Below, piece after piece: positions 12,380-25,215 of a DNA stretch of 64,000 nucleotides. The position numbers and the translations under genes are program-made. The stretch's first letter is position 1, and every line of letters starts with the position of its first letter. The stretch is from Selaginella moellendorffii. Lineage: Eukaryota; Plantae; Lycopodiophyta. The notes beneath the pieces are model-generated. The model saw only the letters and a program-made list of their open reading frames with translations. It had not been told where the DNA came from and did not search any database. The stretch spans positions 5,296,360 to 5,360,359 of the forward strand of contig NW_003314261.1 of the NCBI RefSeq assembly GCF_000143415.4. The letters are read 5' to 3'.

Positions 12380-15096
12380 GAATTGTTTCAGCGATTCCTA
12401 TCCAACTTTTGTCGGATTTTCTGACTCAAGTTGCATACGCAGAGACTTTTCTAGTATGACTTGTGTAAAATTAGTTGGATTGCACCATTTGGTAAGAACG
12501 TTGTATGCATGTTCAGTTACTGACAGAGACTTGCATGCAGCTAGCAGGATGGTGAAGAGGAACTGTGCTGATGACGCTGAAACTTCTAGACAGGCGAATC
12601 AAGAATAGGAAACTCCTGCTAGAGATGCTACGGAAGAGGCTGAGGCTGAATCAGAAGAGGAAGAGCCAGATGCTGCAGCATTGCAGCATACAGCTCAAGA
12701 AGTTGAGATCAAGAATTTGTGAAGGGAGATTTGCAAATTGAAGGAGAACAAGAAGAGGAAGAAAGAAGCTGAGGCAGCTAAACTAGCTAAGCCTAAGCAA
12801 CCGGATTCCTCCTCAAGTTTTGAGGACGATGAAGTTCTGCAGCTGCCCCTAGTTGCATGAGTTTCAAAGTTTAAACTCCGAAACCACCCAACTTCAGAGG
12901 CATGCGGGACTATCAAGTTTTGGAAGATTGGGTCTACGATATGGAAAATTATTTCATAGTGGCAGACGTAGATGATCATACGAAAGTTGCGTGCGTGCAG
13001 TCCTTTCTCACCAATCATGCCAAGACTTGGTGATGCCAGGTGTGTGCTGAAGAAGGGCAGACTAGAAGTTGGACCAAGATGCGGTCTCGTATCCATAAGG
13101 AATACTTGCCGGATGATCTTGGTTTGAGACTTCGCGCGGAGCTGCGGCAGTTAAATCAGCGAGGGGACCTCATGCATTACGTTAATGCGTTTGCTTAGAA
13201 ACACATTATGATTGCAAATATAAGTGACGAAGATGCACAGAGTTATTTTCTGAAGGGTTTAAGTTCACTTTCTTGCAATGAGATTTTGAAGTTTAAGCCG
13301 AAGACATACCTGGAGTGTAAGGAGGTAGCGCAGCAAGTTGCCTTTAGTCACTCACTCATGGAACAATATCAACAACCGTATGCTGGTAACTCGAATAAGA
13401 ATAGGAATTTTGGGAATAAACAAGGTGATCGGAAACAGAGGGTGGAAAGCAGGTTCCACCCTGGAGGCTCACAAGCAACAGTTAACAAAGGTGGTGGTGG
13501 TTGGAGACCACCAGCAGCTTCTTCTGGTCCTAGGCCCTCTATTCCTCCTCCTGGTGGGTACAAGCAGCAGTAACCTGCAAAACCTGGTCCTAGCAGAATA
13601 GGTAGTGTGGGTCATTGCTTCCATTGTGGAGAGTCAGGACATAGGTCCTTGGAATGTCCCAACAAGCATAAGACAAAGTCTCGTGTTAATGTCATGAGGT
13701 GTAGCGCACCTTATCTCTCTCCCCTTAAGCTAACAAGAAAAGGGGCAATTGCTTAATGAGAGAGCCCTTAGTGGTTATTTTATCCCCATTTATCCCCCAA
13801 CATTCTAAAGATCCACGGTGATAGTATATCCAAATCTCATCCCATAATCACATGCATTACATGAGGGAAGATGGTGGTGGTGAAGTTGAAGGGGTTGACG
13901 AGTTGGTCAATGCAGACTATGAGGAAGAGGAGGTGAGTTACTTTCATTGCTTTCCTCAAGTTTTTCTCGCAGTCAATGCAAACATTGATCCGTTAATGTA
14001 TCTAGTAGGCTTTGTCTGCGGACACTGAATCCAAGTGATGATTGATATGGGAGCTATGCACAGTGTGATATCCAAAGACTTAGTTAAGTTGTTAGGATTG
14101 AATGTTGAGCAAATGTCGCCTATGCACTTCCGGTTTACAGAAGGTGGGCAAGTAGCCAGAAAATTTGTGAGTGATGTTCTAATAAAAATATCCAAGTGGA
14201 AAGAAAGAGTGGACTTGGTAGTGTTGAAGATACCAGAGTTTCAGATGGTGTTTGGTATGGACTTCTTCAACAAATATATAAAAGGGATTTATGGTGCTGA
14301 ACAAAGTTGTATCACATTGAAGTCAAAAGGACAACCTAATGTGTCCTTCCAGTTGCAAAAAAGTTCCTCAAAGGATTGGGATGCTAAATTCCTAACTGCA
14401 AGGGCCGCTCAAAAAGCAACTATGAGGGGATGTCGGACCTTTTGGGTTCAAGTGATGGAAGCTGAGAGTGTTGGTGACTCAGTTCGAATCGGTGACAGAG
14501 TTGATCCTATACCAAAGAAGATATTGGAGTTGTTGGCGAGGAATTAGGATATCTTCCCGAAGGATTTACCACCAAGACTACCTCCTAGCTGTGAGGTTGA
14601 TCATTGGATTGAGGTTATTCCGAGTTCTAAACCACCTACGAAAGCTCCATATCAGTTGAACATCAAGGAAATGGCTGAACTCAAGAAGCAATTCATAGAA
14701 CTTTTTGACAAAGGTCATATCCGACCAAGCAAATCACTTTATAGAGCGTCAGTCCTTTTCGTTATGAAAAAGGATGGAACCATGAGAATGTGTATTGACT
14801 ATCAGGCACTTAACAAGGTCACAGTTAAAAACAATTATCCTTTGCCACGCATTGATGACTTGTTTGACCAACTCTTAAAGGTTAAGTATTTTATGCGACT
14901 CGATTTGTAGTTTGGGTATCATTAGATATGGGTGGCGAATCAGGATGTGAAGAAGATAGCCTTTAAGACTCGGTATGAATCTTATGAGTTCTTTGTCATG
15001 CCGTTCGGGTTATGCAATGCTCCAGCAACGTTCAGCACTATGATGGATAGAATATTCGGACATTATTTGGATGCATTTGTTGTCCTATATATCGAC

Positions 15097-17600
15097 CATA
15101 CTTGCATTCAAACGGGTACGATTAATAAAAAATACCGTTTAAAACGTGTGTATAATATGGCATTTAAACACCAAGAATATTTTTTAAAAACCCTAAAGAA
15201 TATGCTTTCTTTACTTAGGATTAGGGTTCATGTAAAATCAAGGTTCGCGGGATCCGGAAGCACTGAGGTAAGTCCGGGATGGGGGGAGGAAGGCAGCCAT
15301 GCTAGAGTTGGGCTCATGTTCTGAAACTGAGGCCAACATCCGAGACAAGCCACAGCGTGAGTCCATGGAAGTGTAAGTATTGCTCGAATACTTACACTAG
15401 CGCGGCTGAACGAGTTCGCGCTCACCTTGGGGGTGTGAAAGGAAGCAATGTAGAGATTTGTACATGACAGGTGCCACTGGAGGTGGTGAACAAGGCTCAG
15501 GCATCTTTTAATCGTGTGGAGCTCACGAAGAGCTCCATGATTGCAACAAGTCCCCAAGAGAGACTTGCCTTAGCTCACAAGACTGAGGTCGGTGAGGTGA
15601 GCGGTGGTGCCAGCTGCGGGGCAAGTGGTGGGGCTACCGGAGGGCTGGGCGAGGAGAGCAGCGGCAGCGTTCCACTTTCCGGGAGCAATAGTCTTAAACG
15701 AAGTGCTGCACCGGTGCTGGATGGTGACATTCGAAAGATGATGAAGTCTGCAAAGGTTCAACGTCTGGATGATGCCATGGCTGAGTTCTTCTACGTTGAA
15801 AATATCCCTTTCAACACCATTCGGAGGCCAAATCTAAGGAAGTTGCTTCAAGCTGCTATTGACTTCGGCCCTGGAGCTCTTGCATAGATGATGGGATATG
15901 AGAAGCTGTGGAGTACATAGCTGAAGAAGCTTTATGATAGTGTCAATGCTTGACTTGATCCAATCCGTGAGGGGTGGAGAAGATATGGAGTTAGCATCGT
16001 CACCGATGGCTGGTCTGACAACTGTAGCCGATCCTTGATCAACTTCATGGCCTCCAATGTCTAGGGTTCAGTTTTCTTGAAGTCTGTAGATTCCGAGGGT
16101 AGGACAAAGACGGGAGAGTGGATTTGGGTCGAGCTAAAGAGAGTGATTCAAGAAGTTGGCAAAGAAAACGTTGTTTAGGTGATCACTGACAATGCATCAA
16201 ATGGGAGAACTCATGACAGCTGAGTATCCTCACATTCTCCACAACCGGTGTGTGTGCCATGTCTTGGACCTTCTCTTTGAAGACATTGGGAGCTTGTCGT
16301 GGGTAAAACCATTGGTGAAAGGCTGCAATGAGGTGGTAACTTTTATCACCAAAAAACCTCGTGTTCTGGCTTTGTTTCGGAAGCTGAGCAATTGGGATCT
16401 CATCAAGCCAGCGAGCACAAGGTTCGCTTACATGTTTCTAGTGATGTCTCAACTCCTGAATCTGACGACCTTGGAGGCATTGAAGGAGATGGTTGTGAGC
16501 TCCGAGTGGTGGTGATTGGACGTCACGAAGACCCAGCGCATTCGAACTCAGATCTTAGAAGAGACTCCGAGACTGCTCCTCAAGGTCTTGAAGCTTGCGG
16601 ACTGGGAGGGGGCAACTTCCGGTCTCATTTTCAAGGCTATGGACCGGATGAATGAGAAGCTTTCAGAGGCTGTTGAGACTGGGATTTTAGCCAAGGAAGA
16701 GGTGAAGGAGATCAATAGGTTTATGATGGAGGATCATGGCGAGGGAGGTTGGAAAGCAGCTTGTTGGTTCCAGATGCATTTGATCTTGCATGGAGCTGCT
16801 TTTTTTCTGAACCCAGCTTTTCTTCATCTCCCTCTCGACCAGGAGGCTCAGGAAGATTTTGTGGAGTACCTAGAGTTGTATTACAAAGGAGATTGAGGAC
16901 TTCAACACAAGCTGCTACACGAGTTTTGGAGTTTCCGTCAACAACTTGGCCATTTGTTCTCTTCGGAGGCAGCAAAGCAGGTGCGTATAAACTGTTTGTT
17001 TGTCAACTTTTTAGACTGATTCTCTTGTATAGATGGAGAACCGAAAACACCCAGTGAGTTGGTGGAGCAACTTTGGTGCAGGCACACCAGAACTTCAAAG
17101 GCTTGCTTTACGGATCTTGAGTCAGCCAGTTTGTGCTTCACCATGCGAGCGAAACTGGACCTCATGGAGCATGATCCAGACAAAGAGGAGGTCTCGACTG
17201 CTCTCCAAAAACTCGGAGAAGCTGGTTTTTGTGCACACAAATATGTGTGTCATATAGAAGATCAAGTCCGGGAGTTTGAGGCTTATCGAGCATGATCTTG
17301 ATAACCTTGAGCTTGAGCCTCAATGGCAAAGGATCCTTGCACTTCAGGAGGTTGTTGAAGAACCTCTTCAACAACCTGATGATGATGGCGTTAGTGGTGA
17401 TGATGTTCTAGATTCGGAGGATAAAGATTAGATTAAACCTATATTATATTATGTTAAACTTTGTTTAGTAATAGTTAATTATTTTTTAATTATATTAAAA
17501 CTAAAAACCATTATACCCGTTCAAAAAAAAGCTAAACGGGTATTAAACGTTCGATACCCATTCGAATCCAGTTGCATTCGAATGTTCCGATGCAAGTATG
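15097..17600 (+). mobile_element. hAT DNA transposon with degenerate transposase (DUF659-type core and C-terminal dimerisation domain)
   Basis: TIR CATACTTGCAT / ATGCAAGTATG and perfect 8 bp TSD ATATCGAC (15089-15096, 17601-17608). Motifs TDGW, 'CVCHVLDL', 'WWSNFG..TPELQRLALRILSQ..CASPCERNWT'. Confidence 0.95.
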
Positions 17601-17914
17601 ATATCGACGATGTTCTAGTCTTCAGTGAAACGTTGGAGGATCATTTGAAACACTTGGAGCTAGTGTTTCAGAAGTTGTGCGAACACAAATTATATGCTAA
17701 GGAAAGTAAATGCACTTTTGGTCAATTGCGCGTAAACTTTCTCGGACATATAGTTGGTGGTGGCGTGTTTGAAGTCGATCCAAAGAAGGTGGAAGCGGTG
17801 AAGTCTTGGGAAGTCCTGACCACTATATCAGATGTTCGTTCCTTTCTTAGTTTGGCAGGATACTATCGCAAGTTTGTCCGCAATTTTGCAAGAATTGCTC
17901 TTCCGTTGACTAAG

Positions 17915-19643
17915 TGTAAGCGACTAAATTTTCCATTCTACTTTAGTCACTTCACCACACCTCTGACCACTTGGAGGAGTCTCATTCACAACCTCCATCA
18001 GTCCAATTCAGGACTTGGGACTTGCTAGCCCCAAGAATGGCATCCATGCCACTCAACACTTGCACCTGGTCCAAGTGCTCCACGTGTCCGGTCCCAAGAC
18101 CGACACCCAAAGGTACCACTAACATCTCGGCCCGTTACGCTAAGGCCATGCCCATTCACCTTTGCTGCACTAGTGGTCCAATACCACTTGCATCACCATC
18201 CCGTCTCTCCAAGACTAGGCCATCTGTCCACGAGTGGTCATCCTAGATCCACTCCTTAGCATCCTTAGCATGCCCATAGACCTGGGGAATCACCTTCCCC
18301 AAAGTCCCTTTTGTCAGTTCCTACCAAGTCCCTTCCTGCCCCTGGCCGTGTTTGCTAACACTGCCACTGGATCGAGGCCTACAGGCCCGACCACTAAGTC
18401 CCACGGTCCTCTGGGACTTCCTCATCACACGACTGTGTCCTTGGCCACTACCCCAGGGGACTGCTCCTCTTCCTTTCCACAGTCTGGGCCTTTGGGACAA
18501 CATTTCGGAACACCGTGGCCTTACGCGAGCCAGCTAGGTACTCTCCCCGCCTTTCGCCTTTAGGTGCTCTAGCCATGGGCTTAGAGCGAGGTTTCGTTGA
18601 GCCACGCCTAGTATCCAAGTAGGTAGTGCCACCCACACTTGGACTGGGAGCATCGGCCAGTCGATCTCCCGGGGGAACTAGAGCCGGCTCTTGAACACTT
18701 CACCAAGCTACCCCGCTTGTCGGTCCGTATTCACTCTAGTCTTGGACTTCCCAGTGGTCAGTTCATCACCCAACACTGGGTCTGGCCTTCCTGGGCCAAA
18801 CTGGCCTTTCCTGGCCAAACTAGCTCCACTGCAGTCCTCCCCCTTACTATACTTTTGGAGCTCACCAAACCCTCCAGGGTCTGGGAGACGAACGCTTTGG
18901 GCTTTCACCCTCTCAAACTCGAACTCGGACTCGGACTCGGACTCGGACTCGGACTCGGACTCGGACTTGGGCTCGGGCTCGGTCTCAGCCTTGGCCTCGG
19001 TCTCGGTCTCGGTCCCAGTCTTGGTCCCGGTCTCGGTCTCGGTCCCGGTCTTGGTCCCGGTCTCGGTCTCGGTCCCGGTCTCGGTCTCGACCTCGGACTC
19101 CATCTCGAGTCCTTCTCGGACTCCATCTCGGACTCCATCTCGGACTCCGTCTCGGTCCATCTCGGACTCCATCTCAGACTCCATCTCGGACTCCGTCTCG
19201 GTCCATCTCAGACTCCATCTCGGGTCCATCTCGGACTCCGTCTCGGTCCACCTCGGACTCCATCTCGGACTCCATCTCGGGTCCATCTCGGAGTCCGTCT
19301 CGGTCCACCTCGGACTCCACTTCGGGTCCATCTCAGACTCCATATCGGACTCCACTTCGGACTCCATATCGGACTCCACTTCAGGTCCATCTCGGACTCC
19401 ATCTCAGACACTTCCACATGTCATGTGTTGGTCCCTTTTGGGTCCCTTTTTGGAGCCTTGCTTATTGCTCGCTTCGTGCTCGCTCCTTGAGCACTTTGTT
19501 GGGAGTTCCACTCCCGCTCTCGACCTTCCAAGTCAGAGCTTTTAGTCCAAACGTGTTACACTCGTTTGGGCTTTCGCTTCGGCCACTACCACGTGGCACC
19601 CTTTCCAGCTCCACTTTGGGGCCTAGGGATTTTGTGTCTCACA
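17915..19643 (-). mobile_element. Solo LTR (1729 bp), copy 3 of the minisatellite LTR family, inverted
   Basis: TGTAAG...CTCACA termini with perfect TSD CTAAG (17910-17914, 19644-19648). It splits element C pol at 'LPLTK|LTKNS'. Confidence 0.96.
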
Positions 19644-20080
19644 CTAAGTTGACAAAGAATAGTATTCCGTTTCATTGGACACTAGCTTGCCAGCGTGCTT
19701 TTGTACAATTGAAGGAGATCTTGACTACGGTTCCTGTCTTAGGATCCCATCTTGATAAACCCTTCGAAGTGCATTGTGATGCATCTGGCTATGCTATCGG
19801 TGCCTTGTTGCAGAAAAATTGTGACAAAGCAGTTGGTGTTACGCTAAGGCAACATGGTTGTCTCGTTGCGTTCTATTCCAAGAAATTAGATGAAACTCAA
19901 CAAAGATGGCCAACGCATGAGAAAGAGATGTTTGCTATAGTGTTGGCCCTGGAACACTAGAGACACTACTTGGGTGGACATACCAAGGTTTATACAGATA
20001 ATAACACACTAAGCTACTTTGCTACGCAGCCTAAGCTTACACTGAAGTAGGCTTGTTGGCAAGAGAAGCTTGCTAGATAT

Positions 20081-20448
20081 TGTTTAATGGAAAAATGTGA
20101 GGCAGATGAAAATACTGCTACCGCTAGAACTCGATCTGAGAGTTGGTGCCTGATCTCCGGAGGTCGCCAGCTGAGGAGGGGTGAAAGAAGTGGTGGATCG
20201 GCGGGGAGAGAGACTCAAGTCAAAGATAATGCAAATAGGGGTGCGATTCAGGAGTCTTGAAGTACAATGGAGTGGGAAAGGAGATGGGGAACCTCGCTGT
20301 GCTGGGGTCTTTCAAAACCACTCCCCTGTTGGCAGTTCTAACCGCCAGCATATGCCTAGAATAGAAATAAACTAGTAGCCGTTTGAACCTGGCTTTCAGT
20401 CGTGAGTGGAGCTGCTCCTGGGCGTGCATGTGTTAGGGGAGGTTTCCA
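20081..20448. mobile_element. Probable solo LTR (368 bp) in the element C RH-INT linker
   Basis: TG...CA termini, flanks GATAT/TATAT. Removal restores 'LARYDIKIIYKPGKDN'. Confidence 0.75.
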
Positions 20449-20520
20449 TATATGATATTAAAATCATATATAAGCCTGGTAAAGACAATATTATTCTAAA
20501 TGCATTGTGTGTTCCTCGGG

Positions 20521-20810
20521 GATGCTTTATTTCGTTAAAGTGGGACTTATTCAGTAAAGTGGGACATTAATTAGCATGTGTCCACATGCCATTTCCTAGT
20601 ACTTAATTAATATTTATTAATATTTCTATCAGTTTTTTAATTTATTTTTTTATATTTCACAATATTATAACACAAAATCATATGAAAAGTTTTTAATTTA
20701 TAGATTATAAAGTTAAAACTTCAATTTTTTATTGTTGTTATAAAAATGGCATGTGGCCACACACCATAAGTGGGATAATGAAAAGTCCCACTTTAACGAA
20801 ATAAAGCATG
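20521..20810. mobile_element. MITE (~290 bp) inserted in the 3' LTR of element C
   Basis: ~27 bp TIR ATGCTTTATTTCGTTAAAGTGGGACTT with its reverse complement, subterminal inverted repeats, AT-rich core. Absent from the 5' LTR. Confidence 0.9.
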
Positions 20811-21457
20811 GGGGGGGGGGGTTCCAAATGTATAGTAGGGATAGAATGCATGTCCGACCACCTGAGACATTAGTTTGGCTCTCGCTGGGCTATGTCGCTC
20901 CTTGTTTTGCATCCGGCTTGGTCTAAGCCCAAGCTCCACACTGCTCTAGTCGGTGGGGTACCCTCCTCCTTGCGTTAGGCCACTGGTATGCCAAAATTGT
21001 GCCAGACTCCGTCTGACACCATTTTGCGTGCAGGTGCTGGATACGGGGAGTTGGTGCTTGTGGGATTGTACCAGACCCTCGTTTCGTAGTGCAACGGGCT
21101 TAGAGTTCTGCTCCAAATTCAGGTGCACTACAACAAGCAACAAAGTATTAGCCATCCATCCACAAATTCCCAAATCTCTCCCAATCTTCCTCCTCTGGTT
21201 GGACTGGACATAAGGTTCGACTACACTCCCCACAAGCACAAGCAGCCAAGCACACCAAGCCCCCAGATTCCTAACATCCCTTGGTATAGCAAGACTTAAT
21301 CATGGGATCCTCTAAATCCTAAGCCTTGGGTGCAACACTTGCTTTGGCACGCCGGGGCAAAACACCGTGGCCTAACGGCCCAGTATGGGTACCTCTAACC
21401 CCCCTTAGAGTCAGAAATGCAGCAACAATTGGGGGATTCCTGACAGCACCCCCTCCT

Positions 21458-24400
21458 CAAGAATGAGTGGAACGAGGATGTGAACGAGAATGAAGAGGAG
21501 GATGAGATGAGCGGCGAGGGATGGGAGATGGAGAAAAAGAATGAGGACTGGGACGAGAAGGATAGCGGCGGTGGAAGTCCTGAACAAGGTCAGGAGAATG
21601 AATCAAGTTGTCCGCAGGTTCCCAAGTGCGTTCTTCAGGCCCGTAACCCTTTCAATCGACCAGATAGTAGAGTTTAGACCGTGAAATTTTGGAATCAAGG
21701 ATGTCCTGAACCTCGTACTCAGACCCATCCTCGAGCTGCAACGGTGGAGGTGGAGGAATGACCCGATTGGGAATAGGACTGAGAATATAAGGCTCAAGGA
21801 GAGAGGAATGAAAAACGGGGTGAATTTGATATGAGGAGGGAAGTGCAAGGCGATAAGTGACAGGATTAATGATGGCAGTGATAGGGAAAGGACCAAGGCG
21901 TTTGAAATCGAGTTTTGGATAGGGCCTGGTGGTGGAGATATTTCGCCTGAGGAGCCAGACTTTATCCTCGATATTGTAAGGGGGACAATCCTGACGATGG
22001 ACATTGGCAAATGTTTTATGAAATTCCTGAGCACGATGGAGGTGGAAGGAGATGGAGTTGTGGATTTCCTGGAGGTTGGAGATAAATGCCTCAGAGCGGG
22101 GATTTGAACGAGAGGATTCAGATGGAGAAGGAAGTGAGAGATTGAATCGGGGATTTCGGCCAGAGTTCGCAAAGAAGGGGGAAACTCGAAGAGAGGAGTG
22201 AACAGAGTTGTTATAGGAGAACTCAGCAAGGGGAAGGATATCGAACCAGTTATCCTAATGATAGTTGATGAAGCACCTCAAGAATTGTTCCAACGTCTGA
22301 ATCGTTCGCTCGGACTGCCCATCAGTTTGAGGATGATATGCCGAAGAGAGGTTGGCCTTCACTCCAAGCAGCTGCAAAAACTGTTGCCAGAAATGAGAGA
22401 TGAACTGAGGCCCCCGATCCGAAACCACATCTGTAGGAATCCCATGAAGTCGGAAAATTTCCCTAAATACCAGTTTTGCCATGTCCTCTCCCAAAAACTC
22501 CTTGGTACATGGCAAGAAGTGCGCCATCTTTGTGAAACGATCCACCACGACTAAAATGCTGTTGAAGCCTCCAGAACTCGGAAGATCACTTAAGAAATCC
22601 ATGGAGATGGATTCCCAAGGACCTGAAGGGACCGGAAGGGAACGAAGCAAACTTGAAGGAAGGTGGCGAGGTACCTTATTCCGGGCACAAGTGTCATAGG
22701 AGGTAACAAAAGCTTTGATGTAGTCGTCCATGTGAGGCCACCAAAAGTCCCGTGCAACTAGCTCATAGGTTTTCACAATGCCAAAGTGACCAGCAGTCGG
22801 GCTATCGTGGCACGCCATCAGGACCAACTTTCGAGCATCACCTTCAGAAACATAAAGCTGCTCCCCACGGTACAATAAGCCATCTAAGAACTCGAACTCG
22901 TCAAATCGCCGGCAATCGGGAGTCACTGGGTGTCCAGCCTGAAGATGGGGGAAAATGTCGCTAGCGAGATCATCGGATTGAAGATTGTTTCTGATTGCAT
23001 CCATCAAGGAGGAGTCCTGAGGGGCCAGGGAAATTGCCATAACTTGAAGCCGATCAGGACTGAGGATAACTTGATCCTGTTGATCGAAGGCAGGATTACT
23101 AGGCCTGAGACTGAGATAGGAGCACCTTGAAAGAGCATCAGGAAGGCCTTGAAACTTTCCAGGTCTGTACTTGATAACAAAGTCAAACCGACTCAGGAAT
23201 TGTGCCCACCTTGCTTGACGACGGCTTAAAACTCGAGAAGTGGCAAAGTACTTGAGATTTTTGTGATCTGTCCAGACTGTTGTTTGATGGCTCGCCCCCT
23301 CCAAGAAATGGCGCCACTCTCCAAAGGAATCCACGATGGCAAGGAGCTCCTTGTCGTGGATTTCGTAATTGATCTCCGCAGGCTGGAATTTCCGAGAATG
23401 GAAAGCAACCGGATGAAGTTCGTGATCCGCTCCGAGTTGAGACAGCACAGCACCAATGGCAAAGTCGGAGGCGTCAGCCTCGATTAAGAAAGGTTGTGAG
23501 GAATCAACATGGATCAAGACAGGAGCAGAACTGAAGGCCGCCTTGAGTGTGTCGAAGGCCTGCTGGGCAGCAACAAACCAAGAGAAAGGAACATCCTTGC
23601 GAGTGAGATGTGTGAGAGGAAGGACAATGTCAGAGTAGTGATCAATGAATTTGCGGTAGAAGTTGGCGAAGCCAAGGAAAACCTGAACGTCCGACATTGA
23701 TTGTGGAGGCTCCCATTCGAGAATAGTCTTGACTTTGGCAGGATCCATCGTGATACCCTCAGGAGTGACAATGTACCCAAGGAACTCCACAGACTGCTGA
23801 TCAAAGGAACATTTCTCAAGCTTCGCGTATAGGCCGTGTTCTCGCAGCTTCACTAGCACCTTGCGAACATGTTCGTCATGCTCCTCCTGAGTTTTTGAGT
23901 AGATAAGGATGTCATCGAGATAGACGATCACCATCTGATCAAGAAACTCCCGAAAGATGTCGTTCGCCATGTGTTGGAAAACTGCTGGAGCATTTGTCAA
24001 GCCAAATGGCATGATAGTGTACTCGAAGTGGCCATAGCGGGTTCGGAACGCAGTCTTCCATTCATCACCAGGCCGGATCCGGATCAGGTTGTATGCTCCA
24101 TGGAGGTCGATCTTGGTGAAGAAGCGGGCACCGCCGAGGTGTTCCAACAGGTCCGAGATCAGGGGCAGCGGATAACAGTTCTGAACAGTCACCTTGTTCA
24201 AACCTCGGTAGTCGATGACTAGCCGCAAGCTCCCATCCTTCTTCTTGACAAAGAAGACAGGCGCTCCAGCCGGGGACTGCGAATGCTGAATGTAGCCCGA
24301 GGCAAGGTTCTCATCCATGTACTCTTTGAGGGCCTTAAGCTCGGATGGGGATAACCCATAGATAGGCCCCCACGGAGGTGACGCTCCTTCCTGTAAATCA

Positions 24401-25215
24401 ATGGGACAATCATAAGGCCGATGAACAGGCAGTACACTAGCTTTTTTCTTGTTAAACACATCCCCAAAATCATGATACTTCTCAGGAAGACTGACAAGAG
24501 AAACATGCAAACCAAAAAGAAAAAGAGGTTCTTCATGAAGAAGTTCTTTCATAGTGATTGTGGAGATAGGAGGAGGCGTACGACTAAATGGAATGATGAG
24601 ATGAGAATACGATCCAGTGTAAGATGGAAGAGAGGAAAAAGAAGAGGGTGAAAACTTTATAGAGTCAGGAACAGAACCCCAATTTGAGTTTAGGGAACTT
24701 TTCCTGATTCGGACTCGATGAACAGCAGGGGAAGCCGTGGGAGAGATGAGCTGTAATTCCTTCCAACAGATCTGAGGCTGATGTAGTTGGAACCAAGGAA
24801 GACCGAGCACCACAGAGGAGGACTTGCTGTTGATGATGCTGAAGGCGATATCGGTGACGGTGGACCCGATGTGTACTCGAATGAGCAACGTTTCCCTAAG
24901 TCCAGAAGATGGAGACACAAAATGTCCGCCGATGCCTTCAACCCTCAAATCCCGTATGGTAGGAGAAAGAGGAACGTGATGTCGGGCAGCAAAGTCCGTG
25001 TCCATGAAGCAGGAAGTTGCACCCGAGTCCAGTAATGCCAGAGCCTTGAGTCCTGATTGTCCGGTGAAAGAAAGGAGACATGGGACGCGAAAGTTGCGGG
25101 AATTGGTGGTGGCTTTGATGAAAGGTGGTGAGGAGCTTGATAAAGAAGAAAAGTGATTTTTATTCGGGGAGTCCAAACAGACAGCTCCTACTCTGTTTGG
25201 ACAGGGTCGTTTCCC
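21458..25215 (-). CDS. Chromovirus pol (PR-RT-RH-INT-chromodomain) in the -1 frame; two premature stops
   Basis: LLDSGA, YLDD, EADASD, HHCC-like region and DDE core in the 1008 aa ORF. The frame continues past the TAG at 22255 through 'KRLGPF' and '[27 protein letters not shown]'. Confidence 0.92.
25171..25215 (-). promoter_or_regulatory. -1 programmed ribosomal frameshift signal (G GGA AAC plus stem-loop)
   Basis: Heptamer at 25209-25215 in correct phase, 6 nt spacer, then an 11 bp perfect stem GTCCAAACAGA / TCTGTTTGGAC. Confidence 0.85.

Larger units (their letters stand above)
11888..21132 (+). mobile_element. Degenerate Ty3/gypsy element C with four nested insertions; integrase deleted
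   Basis: 5' LTR ~11888-12366 (TGTAG...CTACA), PBS TGGTATCAGAG at 12369, gag with zinc knuckle (~13615), protease 'MIDMGAMHSVIS', RT, RH, and a partial 3' LTR ~20507-21132 homologous to 12030-12366. The left boundary is less certain because no TSD matches. Confidence 0.88.

Noticed and set aside
21133-21406. 3' LTR of the chromovirus
   Set aside because: Similarity to the 5' LTR stops at ~21407; this segment is an unrelated, unidentified repeat fragment.
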